NCBI GenBank assembly: GCA_002269645.1
Contig: NIVC01000538.1
Span: forward strand, 62,001-126,000
DNA length: 64,000 nucleotides
Direction: 5' to 3'
Source of the DNA: Macrostomum lignano
Taxonomy: Eukaryota
The position numbers and the translations under genes are program-made. Under the pieces are notes generated by a model that saw only the letters and a list, made by a program, of their open reading frames with translations, made no database searches and had not been told where the DNA came from. This document shows, piece after piece, positions 11,195 to 23,518 of the stretch. How positions within the stretch are numbered: the stretch's first letter is position 1; every line of letters begins with the position of its first letter.

Positions 11195-14100
11195 GAACCG
11201 AATCAAATAAGCATGCGAGTATGTGAACTTTTCTGCTCACCAGCTGTCTAAGTTTGGTCAAATCAAAATCTGTTTCTCCACAGGGGAGTATGGTTCAAAT
11301 GCAGAGCCAGTCTTGTCCTGAAGAAAGTGCAGCAGAAGCCATTTACAGCCAGCCAGGAAGTGCATCATGGCTACGTGAAAATGAATGGGAATCGTATCTG
11401 AAACGGAGTGGTAAACTACATCATGTTTGGGGAAATGAATACAATTCAGAAGCAACAAGCAATCATCATCATTATCCATTAAAATAGTTGATTTTCCTTC
11501 TTGTTTTTTGATCCGTTTGGAAGACATTCTAAAATTATGTAATAATCGCTACTAATTTCTATTCTGTATCATGATTGCTTCTTATGCATGTGTAATAGTT
11601 ATATTCTAAATTGAAAAGGTATATTTTATTACATCTGAATGTATTGAATAAACAAGTACAAAATTTAATGCTTTGTTAGCAACTTAAGCCAAAAACTAAA
11701 TTCAAAATGTAATTGTAAGATTACCTAATATCTTACTTGACTTAGCTGCAAGGGCGTCCAAGTATCCAGATGCAGCAAGATGTTCCCGCTCATTTTGCTA
11801 ATACCTGGCGACCACGGGCAGCCAGTTTCTACAGCGCAATCCCCCTCTGGAGAGTCCAGGAGGTGGATGGTTACTTGATGCTCGCTAAGTAGACCTTAGG
11901 TAGTGGACAAGCAGAAGTAGCAGAAATTCCAGGCCTGAAAATGTTGGAGAGGTCTTTTTTGGGATGAGGTAGGGTTACCTAATATTTATCCAACACCTAG
12001 TAACAACTATTATATTACCGTACATATAGCTAAAATATAATACAATGACAGTACATCATTTAGGATATGAATCTACTTTGCTATCAGGCAATATAGAGAT
12101 TTACAAAATTTAAAAATATAAAAAACTATATATTATTGAATTTCAATTTAATACTTAGCACATATTAGATATGCATATACTAGGCCAGGATCGCCATAGC
12201 TCTAATAACTATATAGACAATAGCCATATAGCCCTGTCATTTTTAGCTTATTCATCCTTTAACTACCATAATTCTGGCATGTTTTAGACGCTTTTACGCT
12301 TTGAATTTTTGTAAAACTCTGTACGTCTGAAAATTATTATAACAGTTTTTATTCCTGTTATTTTCTGCTCACAAGTCAGAAAGACTTTCTAACACACTGG
12401 CCTTTAAGGGCCCTATTATGAGTGCGAGACTCACATCTCCGAATCTCTTTGTGCCGCAAATTATTCAAGACAGTGTATTGTATAGTCAAGCAAGCAAACT
12501 GGTTTAGTTGACAAAATGAAGAGCAATGCGTAGTTGAAGCGGAGTAGGGTTATCGCTGGAGCAGTTTTTCTCTGTCCCATTGTTAGGCAACCATATCACC
12601 CCCCAAAGCATTGCTGCGAGTCCACTGTGTCACGCGTTCGCAGGCTGCTGGCTTGGTCTTCGAACCTCAGCTTTGCTATCTGCCCTTTAGTGTAAAGCTG
12701 GTCTGGCTGGATAGAACCGGTTGAGACGAGAGGACGCCGTTGTTTTTTCGCTTCGATGTAAGCACAATTCCAGTGCTTGCATATCTTTCCCTTTTTGGAG
12801 ACTCACACTCGTGTCAGTCTGACACGAAGGTGTTACTTCTTCTTGATATGACATTCTTAATATGCCTACTCACCGGCCACGTTGCAGTGGCCACAACTGA
12901 AAACAGCACTGCTAGCTGCCGCCCCCCTCAATTCGGAGACGGACGGGTAGTAGAGACCAAAAGGGAAGGTTACAGATGGAGAGACTCGACACGATGGTCG
13001 AGCGGTTTTTCGTGTTCGAAGACCAATCGGTTTGTCGTGCGATCTCCCCAGAGTGCCCTCCACAACCCAGCATCGGACGAGCTAGCCCTGTGTTCAGGAT
13101 TGGTTCAAAAGGTGAAGGGAAAATAGGTCTAGCAGATTTCCAACCACTTTGATTCAATTCGCACTAGAGACATTAATAGGCATGATTCGTCAAAGCAGTG
13201 CCATTAGTGGGCACGAAACAAATACAAAATCCAACAAGAATAATTCAACACTTGATACTAGCGAACAAAAACTGCGTTTTACACAACAATTTATTTATGC
13301 GTACAAATGTAGTAGCAGCGCCATGAACATTGATTACAACTAGGGTAAAAGCACCATGCATATAGCATGTAGCAGTAGTTTAATAATTACGCACGCATGA
13401 TCCTGCGCATAATAATTTATAGATGTAGACTATTAGCATAATGAAGTATTTTAAGTTACAAAGAATTAATATTAAAGATACCTATATATTGTTACACCAT
13501 TTAAAACTTCACATTTTACGATCAATTATTATACTGATAGATGGTCACACTTAATTTCTAATCCCATATCTTCAATACCATTTTATACTATTTTATTTCA
13601 GACCCAGAAGAATAATCCTCGTTGCACAAGGATTTCAAAAAAGGGGAATAATATAGGGATTAGAAATTCGGAAGTCTGAGCAAATAAAAATCGATGAGCG
13701 ATGATCAACAGGCCAAGGTCAGCGGTGACGTACGTGGATCGGCCCAGGGAGCGAAAGCACGACTCACCGAGGGACGCACGGGTGGTCTGACGTGCGAATC
13801 GACTCGAATAATGAACCCTGAACTGACCTTTAACCATCGCCTGATGCGACCAACTAACAGATATTAAATTATCTCTCTCGCCCCGTAGCAACGTGCTAAT
13901 CTAATGTCGCTGCGTCTGTTTTGGCACCCCGCCGTTGCTAATCAGCCGCGGGGGATGACGTATCTAAAAATCTATAAAATAGACACGGCCTCGGCCCCAA
14001 AATGGGCGCGCTCTAAAAAAGACCTTAAGTGATGGTTAGAACTCCTGTGTAGTTCATTCAAATCCAGCGACTTATATTTGTCCTTTGTGCTAAAGGCACA

Positions 14101-14399
14101 ATTTGTAGCCAACCGGTTCACGATCTCGGTTGTAAGATCTTATAGGCTTAAGAATTAGTTAGAACGAAAGCACATAAGAGACCAACTTAGGTAAAAGTCA
14201 GTAAGGCCTAAAAGAAAACTTACAATTATAAATATTATTTACATGAAATTCAGCTACACTAAATCGACAAAAAACGTACAAGGAATGCCTCCCAGTATTT
14301 TTCTTGCGTGACTAAATACCGTGGGGTTTCTTCTCGACTGATGAGAACGTGACAGGCCCTAGTTGATGGGAACAAGCGCTTTGAGCTTAAATTCCAGTC

Positions 14400-15545
14400 T
14401 GCTTGTTGGAGTCGATAGTCCATCGCTGGTGACAGAGTTCTAAAAGAAATATTTATAGCTCATCATCCTCTGGTTTCTTATGTTGCGACAGGGCAGGGAA
14501 AAGTGACGAAAAATGTACAGGCGCAAGATGAGGATGAGGTCGCATCCAGATTACCTGTAGTCCCTTGTTTCGACAGTCAACTCTTTCACTACCTTTTCAA
14601 GTAAGTAATGAGTTAGAAGTTTTGAGAATTTATGCTCACTTGAGTCCGGCTCAAATGAACGAACTCCAGTTTTGTCGAGAATCGAAACGATTTTTTTGTA
14701 GCTGCATTCTTGATGAAGCAATAAATTTCAAAAGTTGCTGCAAAAAAGCAAAAGGATTGAATTGCGTGGAACAACGGACTTCACTTTCTGGTTTAAGCTT
14801 TTCACACCGTTGTTGGTGTTGTTACCGCAATTTCGAGCCTGAGACCGAACAACCCACTCGTCACGAATGGGATGCCAGTTCTTATTAAAATAGTCTTAGT
14901 CTAGCACTACATATTGATTCGAGAAGTCTTTTATTCTGAGTATAGCTGACTTCGTCTGAAGAATCTGCTACTCACTGAAGGGCCTCCATGGCAGACTCCC
15001 ATTCGCTTTCCCTCAACGCCTCTACGAAAAGGTCTTCAGCACGTGAAATAGACATTTGCAGCTTAACGTTTAGCTGCTCCGCAAAAAAATTACGCTCAAC
15101 ACAGTCCTTGTCGGTAATAATTACTTTGGTGACCTTCCACGAGTTATTGGATAGCTTCAAACGAACAACAAGCTCGTTTGGAGTCTCTCTACACTCCGAT
15201 TTCACGATCAAAATTCCAGTAATCGCACTTCTGCCATTCCCGTCTTGCACAACGTCTGGGTACATCGGCATGTTTAAATTGACCATTAAAAACCATTAAA
15301 TTGTTCCATAAAATTGTTACCTACGTAAATCCCGACGAACTGGACCTCAGCCCCTGGTTGGCTTCGAAGCAACTCTGTGGCCGCTAAGTTATGAAGGTCC
15401 TGCAGAATAATGAGCTTGCCCAGGTCATTAAAATATCTTTAGATATGCTTCTTGTTTGCACCTAGGACGAGAAATGTTTTGGCCTCTTCCTCTTGGTCTG
15501 CATCTAGTTGGCGTTGACGGGGAAACAATGCAAATGATTCCTGAA
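14400..15545 (-). pseudogene. MULE/Mutator transposase remnant (ZSWIM1/3-like)
   Basis: LGANKK..IILQDLHN, LNMPMY..QDGNG, VIITDKDCVER, YFNKNWHPIRDEWV..NNTNNGVKSLNQKVK and a SWIM-like SCACTFF..PC. Multiple disruptions. Confidence 0.8.
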
Positions 15546-16470
15546 AACAAATAGTTAGTAAACATTTATTACTTGTTCGATTTACAGAAGTTTCGATTTT
15601 ATGTGCAAGTAAACAAACTATTCAAAAGTGAAATAGTCGCTATTTGCTTCCCGGTTTAGGCACTTAAGTTTACCTTAAGTCTCGAGCCTCTTCTGTCGGA
15701 AGCCTTCTTAGCTCTTAGTAGCTTAGGTAGTGCTGCCACCAGTTCCTTCAGGTCTCGGCCTTCGGTGAGGTGAGCGTCCCATCGGAACAAAAGAAACAAG
15801 TCAACGAACTCTGCACCGTGTGCAGATTTGCAGCTTAACGTACAGGCGTCTCGTCAGCAGTACCTGCCGGGCTTGGTGGGTGGATGGGAGGGCTGTGTTA
15901 GCCTCTCGTAGGCTCGGGGTTGGCTTTAGAAGGGTCTCAGTCAGACCAACAGCAGAGAGTTAACTGTACGCAGAACAGGCACTACGAGTCTGAGTCACCC
16001 GTCATCACTTAAAATATGATTAAGGCCTGGCAAAAAGGTGGTAGAGTCACAAGGCGAGTAATGGCAGCGGCTGGGTCATGGCTGGGATTGCGACCCGTAA
16101 TGGGAATGCAAGGGGGGCGCCGGCCCCGGAGAAAAGAGGCGCCTAAATTCCGGGGTGCTTTGGACAGCAGCAGAGCCCGTTGATGGGAGGCGCTTCGGAG
16201 AGGCGCAGAAAATGGGAGTACAAAAAGAAGGGATGGCAAGCGGAAGTAACACCGGTGGGTTGCCCACGCCAAGGCAGAGCCCAAAAATTATAAAAACGGA
16301 GGGGCTGGCAAGTCCGTCGGGCGTAAGTAGCATTGGGGCCTCAGTCCCGCAGCGATTCGGGGGCGCCGGCCCGGGAAATGCAAGACGCCTAAATAGTTTC
16401 AGCACCCTGACATCGGGAGCACGGGTCAATCAGCGAGTTAAGCATGCAGGAAGTGGGCGTCTACCCGAGG

Positions 16471-17191
16471 TCACTCCTCTTCACGGTCACAGTTCTTGGT
16501 GATAGCTGGGATCACAGGGGTCCTCCCAGCAATTTGAGAGGCCGCCAGGCGGCCGACAAAACGAACCGCATCCGGGTACATCGTCCGGCGTAAGTTGCGT
16601 GCGGCGACCTCAGCGGCCTCATCGAGCAGCCGCTGACGATCCGTGTCGGTGAGCGCGCGCAGGGTCACCCACCTCGGCCACTTGGTCACCGCTGGGAGCG
16701 TTCCAAGGTGAGCCGCCGTGGTCAAGAGTCGCGCGATGTAGTAAATGTAGTGAGCGATGGCCGTCCTCAGTCCGGCGGGCATGGGCTCACGTCGTTCTTC
16801 CGCGGGCTCGACTCTGGCTGGCATGGTGACGGCGGCGGCTACCCTTGGGCTCTCCGGCGTGTTGGGCGGCGCCGATGGCAGGTTGGCGACCTGCAGATCT
16901 GTGGCCGAGTCGCCTGGCTGCGCGCTAACAGGGCTCTCCCTCTCCGGCGGGAGGTCGTCGGACTTGTCGCTCAATCAGCAGCAGGCTGTTGTCCTCTTGC
17001 AGGTTCTCGTAATATCCGAGCAGATTCCACTGCTCCTTCGTTAGTCGCAACCGGGCGTCGAACTCAGGCTTCGGGGCTTCGTTCTCGACCAAGTTGAGCA
17101 CGTAGCTGATGGCTCGGTCAGCGCGTTGGGCATCAACGAACTGTTGGCGAGTCATAGGAAGCTTCAGAAAATCAGTAGCACGGAGCAGCAA
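16471..17191 (-). other. Gypsy pol-like linker fragment (16925-17191) followed by an orphan 167-aa ORF (16471-16974)
   Basis: FVDAQRADRAISYVLNLV..W..L..EDNSLL resembles the RNaseH-integrase connector. The orphan ORF has a Pro-rich N-terminus and a KWP..AAEVAAR helix. Confidence 0.35.
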
Positions 17192-18239
17192 GGCTGTGGG
17201 TTCCGGATTCCCGCAGTCTCCGCTTCAGTGGCTCCAGGTCGATCACACGGCACCGTCTTGTCGGCGTCAGGTTTATATCGCTCCGAATTAGGTCCCTCCA
17301 GAACACGGAGAGGGAGAGGCAGCAAACAGACAGCCAAAAGGAGGCGGGAAGCTGACCAGCAGCAGCAGCTTTCAATAATTGAAACTGTAACTGCTGCCAC
17401 AAAATAAGAGAAAAAGAAATAACAGAAAGATAAAACAGAGACCAAACAGAGAAATAAAAGACAGGGTTTAGTGTAATGAATTTAAAAGTGTGTTATTTTA
17501 AATTTCCTTAACTGCACATGCAAAATTATAAATCCACAAACTATTTGGTACTATTAGAGTACATTGGTTCACTTAGTTATTAACTTGAACAAAAGAAGCA
17601 GGGAACACACGCACAAAAATCTGTAGCCGCAGGCACTTGTCGCGCAGGCAGTTGTGCGTAGGCAATTGTCTACCATCTTGGCTACCACTGATGCATCTAT
17701 CTCACGCAGGGCAGCATTCGCAGGGCAGCATTTGCGCTATGTCTAATTTTTTTACGCTTTTGGTAGGAAGTTTAAAAGGCTACTTACGGGCGGTAAAAAA
17801 TTAAAAAGCAATTAAGAGTGACAGATTTTAAAATAGAAAATACCAGTAATTATTTAGAGGTAGGAGAAAGCGCTTTACTTTTTAAAAGAGCACAAAATAC
17901 TTCTAAACAAGACTAAAAGTGCAGTAGTACCTGGTATCATTACTTATATCATTAGTATCATTATATCATATCATTATCATTAAGTTATACTCGTACTAGT
18001 TGAAATTAGACTAGCTTTTCAAAAAAAGATCGTTTCTGTGACCAAAAAAGAAAATATGACATCTTGCGTAATGTGAAATTTTCAAAGAAGGCTTTTATTA
18101 GCGTTAAATAACGATGTTTAATGTAAATTAGATATAGTATAGTATTGTTTTTCAATTTTTAGACATTATTCTAAACTGAGGTTTGCAAACATCGACTGCA
18201 AACATTCCCATATTTAAAAAATCTCACTGGAGTCCCTAT

Positions 18240-18545
18240 TTTTTGGATAGTTGCTGACCCTCGCGTATTCGTTCACAAACGCGTTGGCCTTCGCCCGGTC
18301 TAAGAGAAGCTTTCTACCACGGTGTTGGATGGCTTTTCCCACCTGGTTGTTAGCTCCCTACCCATTGAGACGCTGCGCGCACTTTCATTGATCGCCTGGC
18401 GGTACCTGGTGGAGCGTGCGATGGTGCCCACCACTTTTCCGGCTGCACCGATAATGACGTCCCGGATCTGTTTCTCACTAATCCTGATGTTGCCGGCGTT
18501 GCTATTGGTGGTTTTAAGTCCAGATTCAATAGCTTCTCTCTCTTT
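18240..18545 (-). pseudogene. Non-LTR retrotransposon ORF2 remnant (between endonuclease and RT)
   Basis: YRQAINESARSVS..WEK..LDRAKANAFVNEYARVS resembles the KA..F...Y..VS motif upstream of LINE RT. Confidence 0.4.
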
Positions 18546-19428
18546 ATTGTGAATTTACATTCACAATAAAGCCTAAGATTTTTATGACCCTACGCGCGGC
18601 GGGTTCGCAATTTGTGGTGTTGATTGAATTTTATCTTTTACCAACCAGTCTCATAGACAATTGATGAAAGAAAGGGAGGTTATAAAGCTAGCCTCAAATG
18701 CAATGAGTGCGAACCAAGCCTTTTTAATCAACCCCAGAACGGCGCTGTGCACTTTTAAATTCAGTCTGCCTTTTTTCAGAGAGACAAATTAAGCACCCCA
18801 ACCTCCGCCTCTCCTTCCCCTATCTGACCAGATGTGTAACAGGGGTTTTAAAATTGACTAACTTTCGGCTGCCATAAGTTTGATCCGTGTAAAGCAATTG
18901 ACTTTAAACTTGAAACACGTCTTCATTGACTCACTCTTCTGTCTAAATATAAAGTTTCAACTTTGTAATTGTAACTCAGTCAGGACAGAATCTGTAGTCT
19001 CTAAACATGTGAAGTTTGCCTGCTTTTTGTGATGTTTTTGCCCCTCATCCAACTCATTCCCCAAGACAAAGGGTCAGGCGATAGGGCTCAATGTACATTA
19101 TAGCAAATGTAGTTTTGGAATAACTTTTTATAGCCTTCTCTGCACCCCCGTGGAGAGGCTAGAGTACTATACGTTTAGCCAGGCCCATGACAGTTTAATA
19201 AGTTTAAGTAAGAAATTCGAACTACTGTCCTACTATCTGTCTGAGACTTGAGAGTATTCTGTACCCACAATGACAAACTAACTTTAATTCCAAGCACTTA
19301 AACTGATGCTGGTGCTTTTTAGTTATAAAATATTTGAGATTTTTGCCCACTTCTCTGGATTCTTTTAGCAAAAACCATGCATTACCATTGCCTAAAAACA
19401 AGCAATCTTTTGACACCGGCTGCAAAAA

Positions 19429-19713
19429 TTTCGGCTAGCAAACTTCAACTAGCAGTTTTCGGCTAGCAAACTTCGGTTAGCAGGTTTCGGCTAGCAAACT
19501 TCAGCTAGAAGGTTTCGGCTAGCAAACTTCAGCTAGAAGGTTTCGGCTAGCAAACTTCAGCTAGAAGGTTTCGGCTAGCAAACTTCAGCTAGAAGGTTTA
19601 GGCTAGCAAACTTCAACTAGAAGGTTTCGGCTAGCAAACTTCAGCTAGAAGGTTTCGGCTAGCAAACTTCAGCTAGAAGGTTTCGGCTAGAAAACTTCAG
19701 CTAGCAGGTTTCG
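19429..19713. repeat. 28-bp tandem repeat, ~10 copies
   Basis: Unit TTTCGGCTAGCAAACTTCAGCTAGAAGG, built from two 14-bp halves that share GCTAG. Confidence 0.95.
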
Positions 19714-20189
19714 ACAAAATTCAAGTCAGCAATCGGCAAAGGAAGCAAGAGGCCCAGCAGCGGCTGAAAAGCGAGACTCGGTATGTTCGATTTAAGTGAA
19801 TGTGAACTCTCAATAAAAACTTTATTTGATATTTCTTTTTTACATGCAGGAAGGGCAAAAACGTGACAAAATTCTTTTCTTCTGTGCAATGTGCAGCTGC
19901 GCACCTTTGATAAAATTTAGCTTGCGCGGCTGCGCGCCTGGCAGGGCGTCCACACATTTTTTAGATTCGCTGCAATAGTGGTCGAAGCGCAGAAGGTCGG
20001 CACCCCAGCGCTATGCATCATACTGACATGTGATTTTGAGATCAGGAGGAAATGTTGTACTTTAACTACTGCAGTCTTGTTATCGTTGCCGTTGCTTGTT
20101 GCCATAGACATCTAGACATCCTAGTTTTGTACTTGTACTACGTTGATTTAGGCGAGCGTAGCGCAGCCTTTCCGCAAAATAAAAAACCT

Positions 20190-20810
20190 TCTGCTCTGCC
20201 AGCGCTCCGTAACTACATAGTTGCCACCAGCTTGAACACATTTCCGCATCCAGTGAAACCACTGTTTCTAGGCTCCAGTTCACTGTTCTGCCACTGCTGA
20301 CACCACCCGCTCTCAAACCGAGTCCCACGCAGTTGGTTCTTCTCCAAAGGGAAGAGAAAGAAGTCGCAGGGTGCCAGGTCAGGGGAATGTGCAGGATGCG
20401 TCACCAACTAGACTCCATTCTTGGCCAGAAATGCCAGTGTTGCAGCAGCTGTGCGCGCACTAGCATTGTCGTGGTGCAGCAGCAGGCCTGCGCCACGCAT
20501 CGAACACGAGCGGCAGGCAGTGATTGATATACCAGTCTGCATTGACTGTCCGCCTGTCTTGGCGCGCCACAGTCGCCAGGTGGCCAGACTGGCTGAAGAA
20601 AGTCGCCACCATGTGCTTCCCGACGCTGCGGGCCCGCTTGACCTTCGTTGGGGTGGCATCGTCTGGAAGGAGCCAAACTGCCGACTGCTGCTTGGTTTCC
20701 GGGTCGTACTGGTGGACCCAGGTCTCATCGCCTGTGATGATCTCCCAGCATTGCTTCGAGGTGCCAGAATCGAATCTTTCGAGCATGAACTCGCACCAAC
20801 GCACTGTTGT
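20190..20810 (-). mobile_element. Mariner transposase catalytic-domain remnant
   Basis: IITGDETWVHQYDPETKQQS, LHHDNASA and HSPDLAPCDFFLFP, with frameshifts and stops. Confidence 0.9.
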
Positions 20811-21085
20811 GTCTTTTGTTTTTTTAATGACAAATCAAATGAGCGAGTCTGGAACTTAAAAGTTAAATTAACCGGCCGTTCTTCGACTCTTGTCTTATTA
20901 TTTATTTCTGCAAGCCTAGCTTGCTCTTGTTACGCGTAGATCGCTAAAGCGTACGGTGCGCTCGGAAGCAAATCATTTTGTTCATGGTTCGGCTTGGCTT
21001 ATAGCCACAGCATCTCCCCCTTTTATAAAAATAACTTAAACAGTTTAAGTCCCAAACTTGAGTGATTAAGGAAGTCTCAAAATAG

Positions 21086-21740
21086 TCACTCCTTGTAATT
21101 CACTCTTGGCTTTTGCTCCAGCCGCGTGGTGCGCCGTGGTAATTCTGGTATAGCTGGCTTAAAAGTATGGTCCACTCGGACTGACTCAGACTCAGAATCC
21201 ATTTGCAGTTCCAAAATGCCATCGTCATCGTGCACATGCTTTCCACCAGGGTTGCCATCGTTTTCACGCATCATTGGGTTTCCAATGCTGACATCCTTGT
21301 TCAAATCTGATTAATCATCTCCCTGAGACTTCGGGTCTGAGCTTGTTCGTTGAATTTGATCTCTGTGCACTTTCTGGAATCTTCCGTCTTCCAGCTTGAC
21401 AATTGCAGTATTCCTTCCTAATGAATTGATCAGCCTGGCCTCGTGTGTTGACTTCTCCGTCTTGTACACTGCAACATAGACTCAGTCGAAAGTGCCATCT
21501 TGATCTTATTGAAGGCTTGTTCGTGCTTGTCTGTCCAAGTGAACTCGGCCCCTCTGCGTCTAAGCTGTGACAGAGGCTCAATGAGTTCTGCGAGGTTGCG
21601 AATAAATTTACCGCAGAAATTAATGAGGCCGAGAAACGATTCCAATTCCGGTAGATTTTTAGGGGCTGACATCTCCGTTAACGCGCGCACCTCTCTTCAT
21701 CTGGCTTCACTGTCCCTGACTCGAGAATGTGACCCAGAAA
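21086..21740 (-). pseudogene. Internally deleted Ty3/Gypsy pol (RT end joined to integrase tail)
   Basis: LGHILESGTVKPDEER, ELESFLGLINF..FTWTDKHEQAFNKIK, then a PRRTTRLEQKPRVNY* tail. Confidence 0.8.
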
Positions 21741-21907
21741 GCGGACCCGAGTCCACAGAATATACACAGAATGGCGAATCGGCAGTTCTCTATGAAAGCG
21801 AAAATAAATGCGATTGCACTACTAACGTTGTGAAGCTGATAAGTAGTTGCGATTTTTCAAAAAACGGCATAAGGAGATTATTGGCTACATTAAGGCCACT
21901 GTACGCT

Positions 21908-23151
21908 CGTAGCGGCTCGCCTAAGGCTGTGCGAGCGAGTAAAGAAAGTCCACTTGCCAGGCCTCAAGTTCGGCCTGGCTTCTCAATTTGAGCGTCTATT
22001 TGGGCCATAGAAATAAAAGTAAGAGAGGCATTTAGGCAAAGCTCTGCAGTCCGCATTATGTTGATAAATTGGCGGCAGTGGACCTCCACATAGCTCCCCC
22101 CAGAGCTTTACTAAATGTGCCTCATTGTATGGACCCATTGCGCTGCAGGGCACTGATCTGACAGGTTGCGTGCAGATGCAGACTTAGTCACAGTGGTGCC
22201 GGATTGACTGACCCAGGTTGACGGAAAGGTGGCCAGCATGCAGACGCGTCCAGTGTCGAGCCCTGTGCGCCAGCAGAATGTCAACTGCGGGGGCGATGCA
22301 GCGTGGAACTTCGTACGCTGGCAAAAGGACGCCGGGATGCGGTCGCGGGACTGTAATGCCGATGGCGGGGCCGATAGCGGTCGCGCACGACTATGATGGT
22401 GGTGTATGCACTGTCAGTGCCTTGCCAAGATCTTATGCCCACTGCACCACTAGGGACGGACCAACTGGGCGCTGCAGTCGCACGCGAGTCGGTGGCCGAG
22501 CAAGCGGCTACGGCCTTGACGAAGGCGACAGCAGTTGCCGGGCAGAAACGCTGAACCGGCGGGGCCCCAGGATGGGGCGGCGAGAATGTTGCCAGTCATG
22601 CAGAAGGCACCCACTCGGGACGACACACCGCCAGGCAGTAGCGGATGGGGCTGGGGGAAACTGAGGAGCTCACGGCAGCAGCTCTGGACCCCGTGTTGCG
22701 CTATGTGCTGTGGCTGTCGAGAGTCGGAGGCCGGGCAGGCGGCCACGGCCGTGACATAGGCGGCAGCGGATGCCGGCCTGAAACGCTGGACCGGCGGTGG
22801 CCCGGCGCGTGCGTCGTGGAGCTTGTGTTGGCAGCGCCAGCGTAGAAAGCCAGATGGAGGCTGCAGACGGATGGCCGTCTGCTCTAATGGGCGCTGATGT
22901 CCTCTGTGCTGCGTGCCGCGTCCGCGGGGTTGGCGCGCCGCAAGCGGCGGCGGGAGTCGGGCTCACCAATGTAGCGGCTCGCCTAAGGCTGTGCGAGCGA
23001 GTAAAGAAAGTCCACTTGCCAGCCTCAAATTCGGGCTGGCTTCTCAATTTGAGCGTCTATTTAGGCCATAGATATAACAGTAAGAGAGGCATTTAGGCAT
23101 AGCTCTGCAGTCCGCATTATGGTCATAAGTTGGCGGCAGTGGACCGCCACA
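21908..23151 (-). mobile_element. Small non-autonomous LTR retroelement (TRIM-like), 1.24 kb
   Basis: Direct repeats at 21908-22090 and 22970-23151 (~182 bp) with TG..CA termini (one end mutated). On the minus strand, TTGGTGAGCCCGAC (PBS-like) follows the 5' LTR and GGGGGGAG (PPT) precedes the 3' LTR. Confidence 0.85.
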
Positions 23152-23518
23152 CCACGCAATATATTGAAGTATTTTTGAAAAGTTTTAATAAAACTAAAGG
23201 CAGCGCTAATCATGGAGTTGGTGTACAAAGCGCGCAAAAAGGCAAAGCTGCAAGTCATTATTCAATTTGTTACATATTACCGGAGATTTTTTATTGTTCA
23301 TATGTTTTAAAGATTGAAAGTTAGCGTAATAAGTTTTGAGATGCATTAGTAAATTGAATGAAATGTTAGAGTAGAATATCGTATTAGTTTTGAGTTGTAC
23401 ATACAGTTTTAAATGTTTTAATGAGAGATAGCATATTTTTCAGACTAAATGTTGGGCTCAACCGTCCTAGTGTTTATGAGTTTTAATATCACACAAAACG
23501 GTTAAGCTCGTCCGGGAC

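Noticed and set aside
12600-13990. Short ORFs and a CGHC-containing exon-like piece
   Set aside because: No recognisable family and no consistent exon chain.
14338-14380. CTGATGAG hammerhead ribozyme core (also 27491-27498 on minus, 42791, and CTGAAGA at ~45030 on minus)
   Set aside because: No stem II closed directly by GAAA and no stem I/III pairing could be built.
19429-19713. CRISPR-like appearance of the regular arrays (also 24769-24938, 57701-57971, 61860-62630)
   Set aside because: The units are head-to-tail with no unique spacers, there are no cas genes, and the context is eukaryotic.
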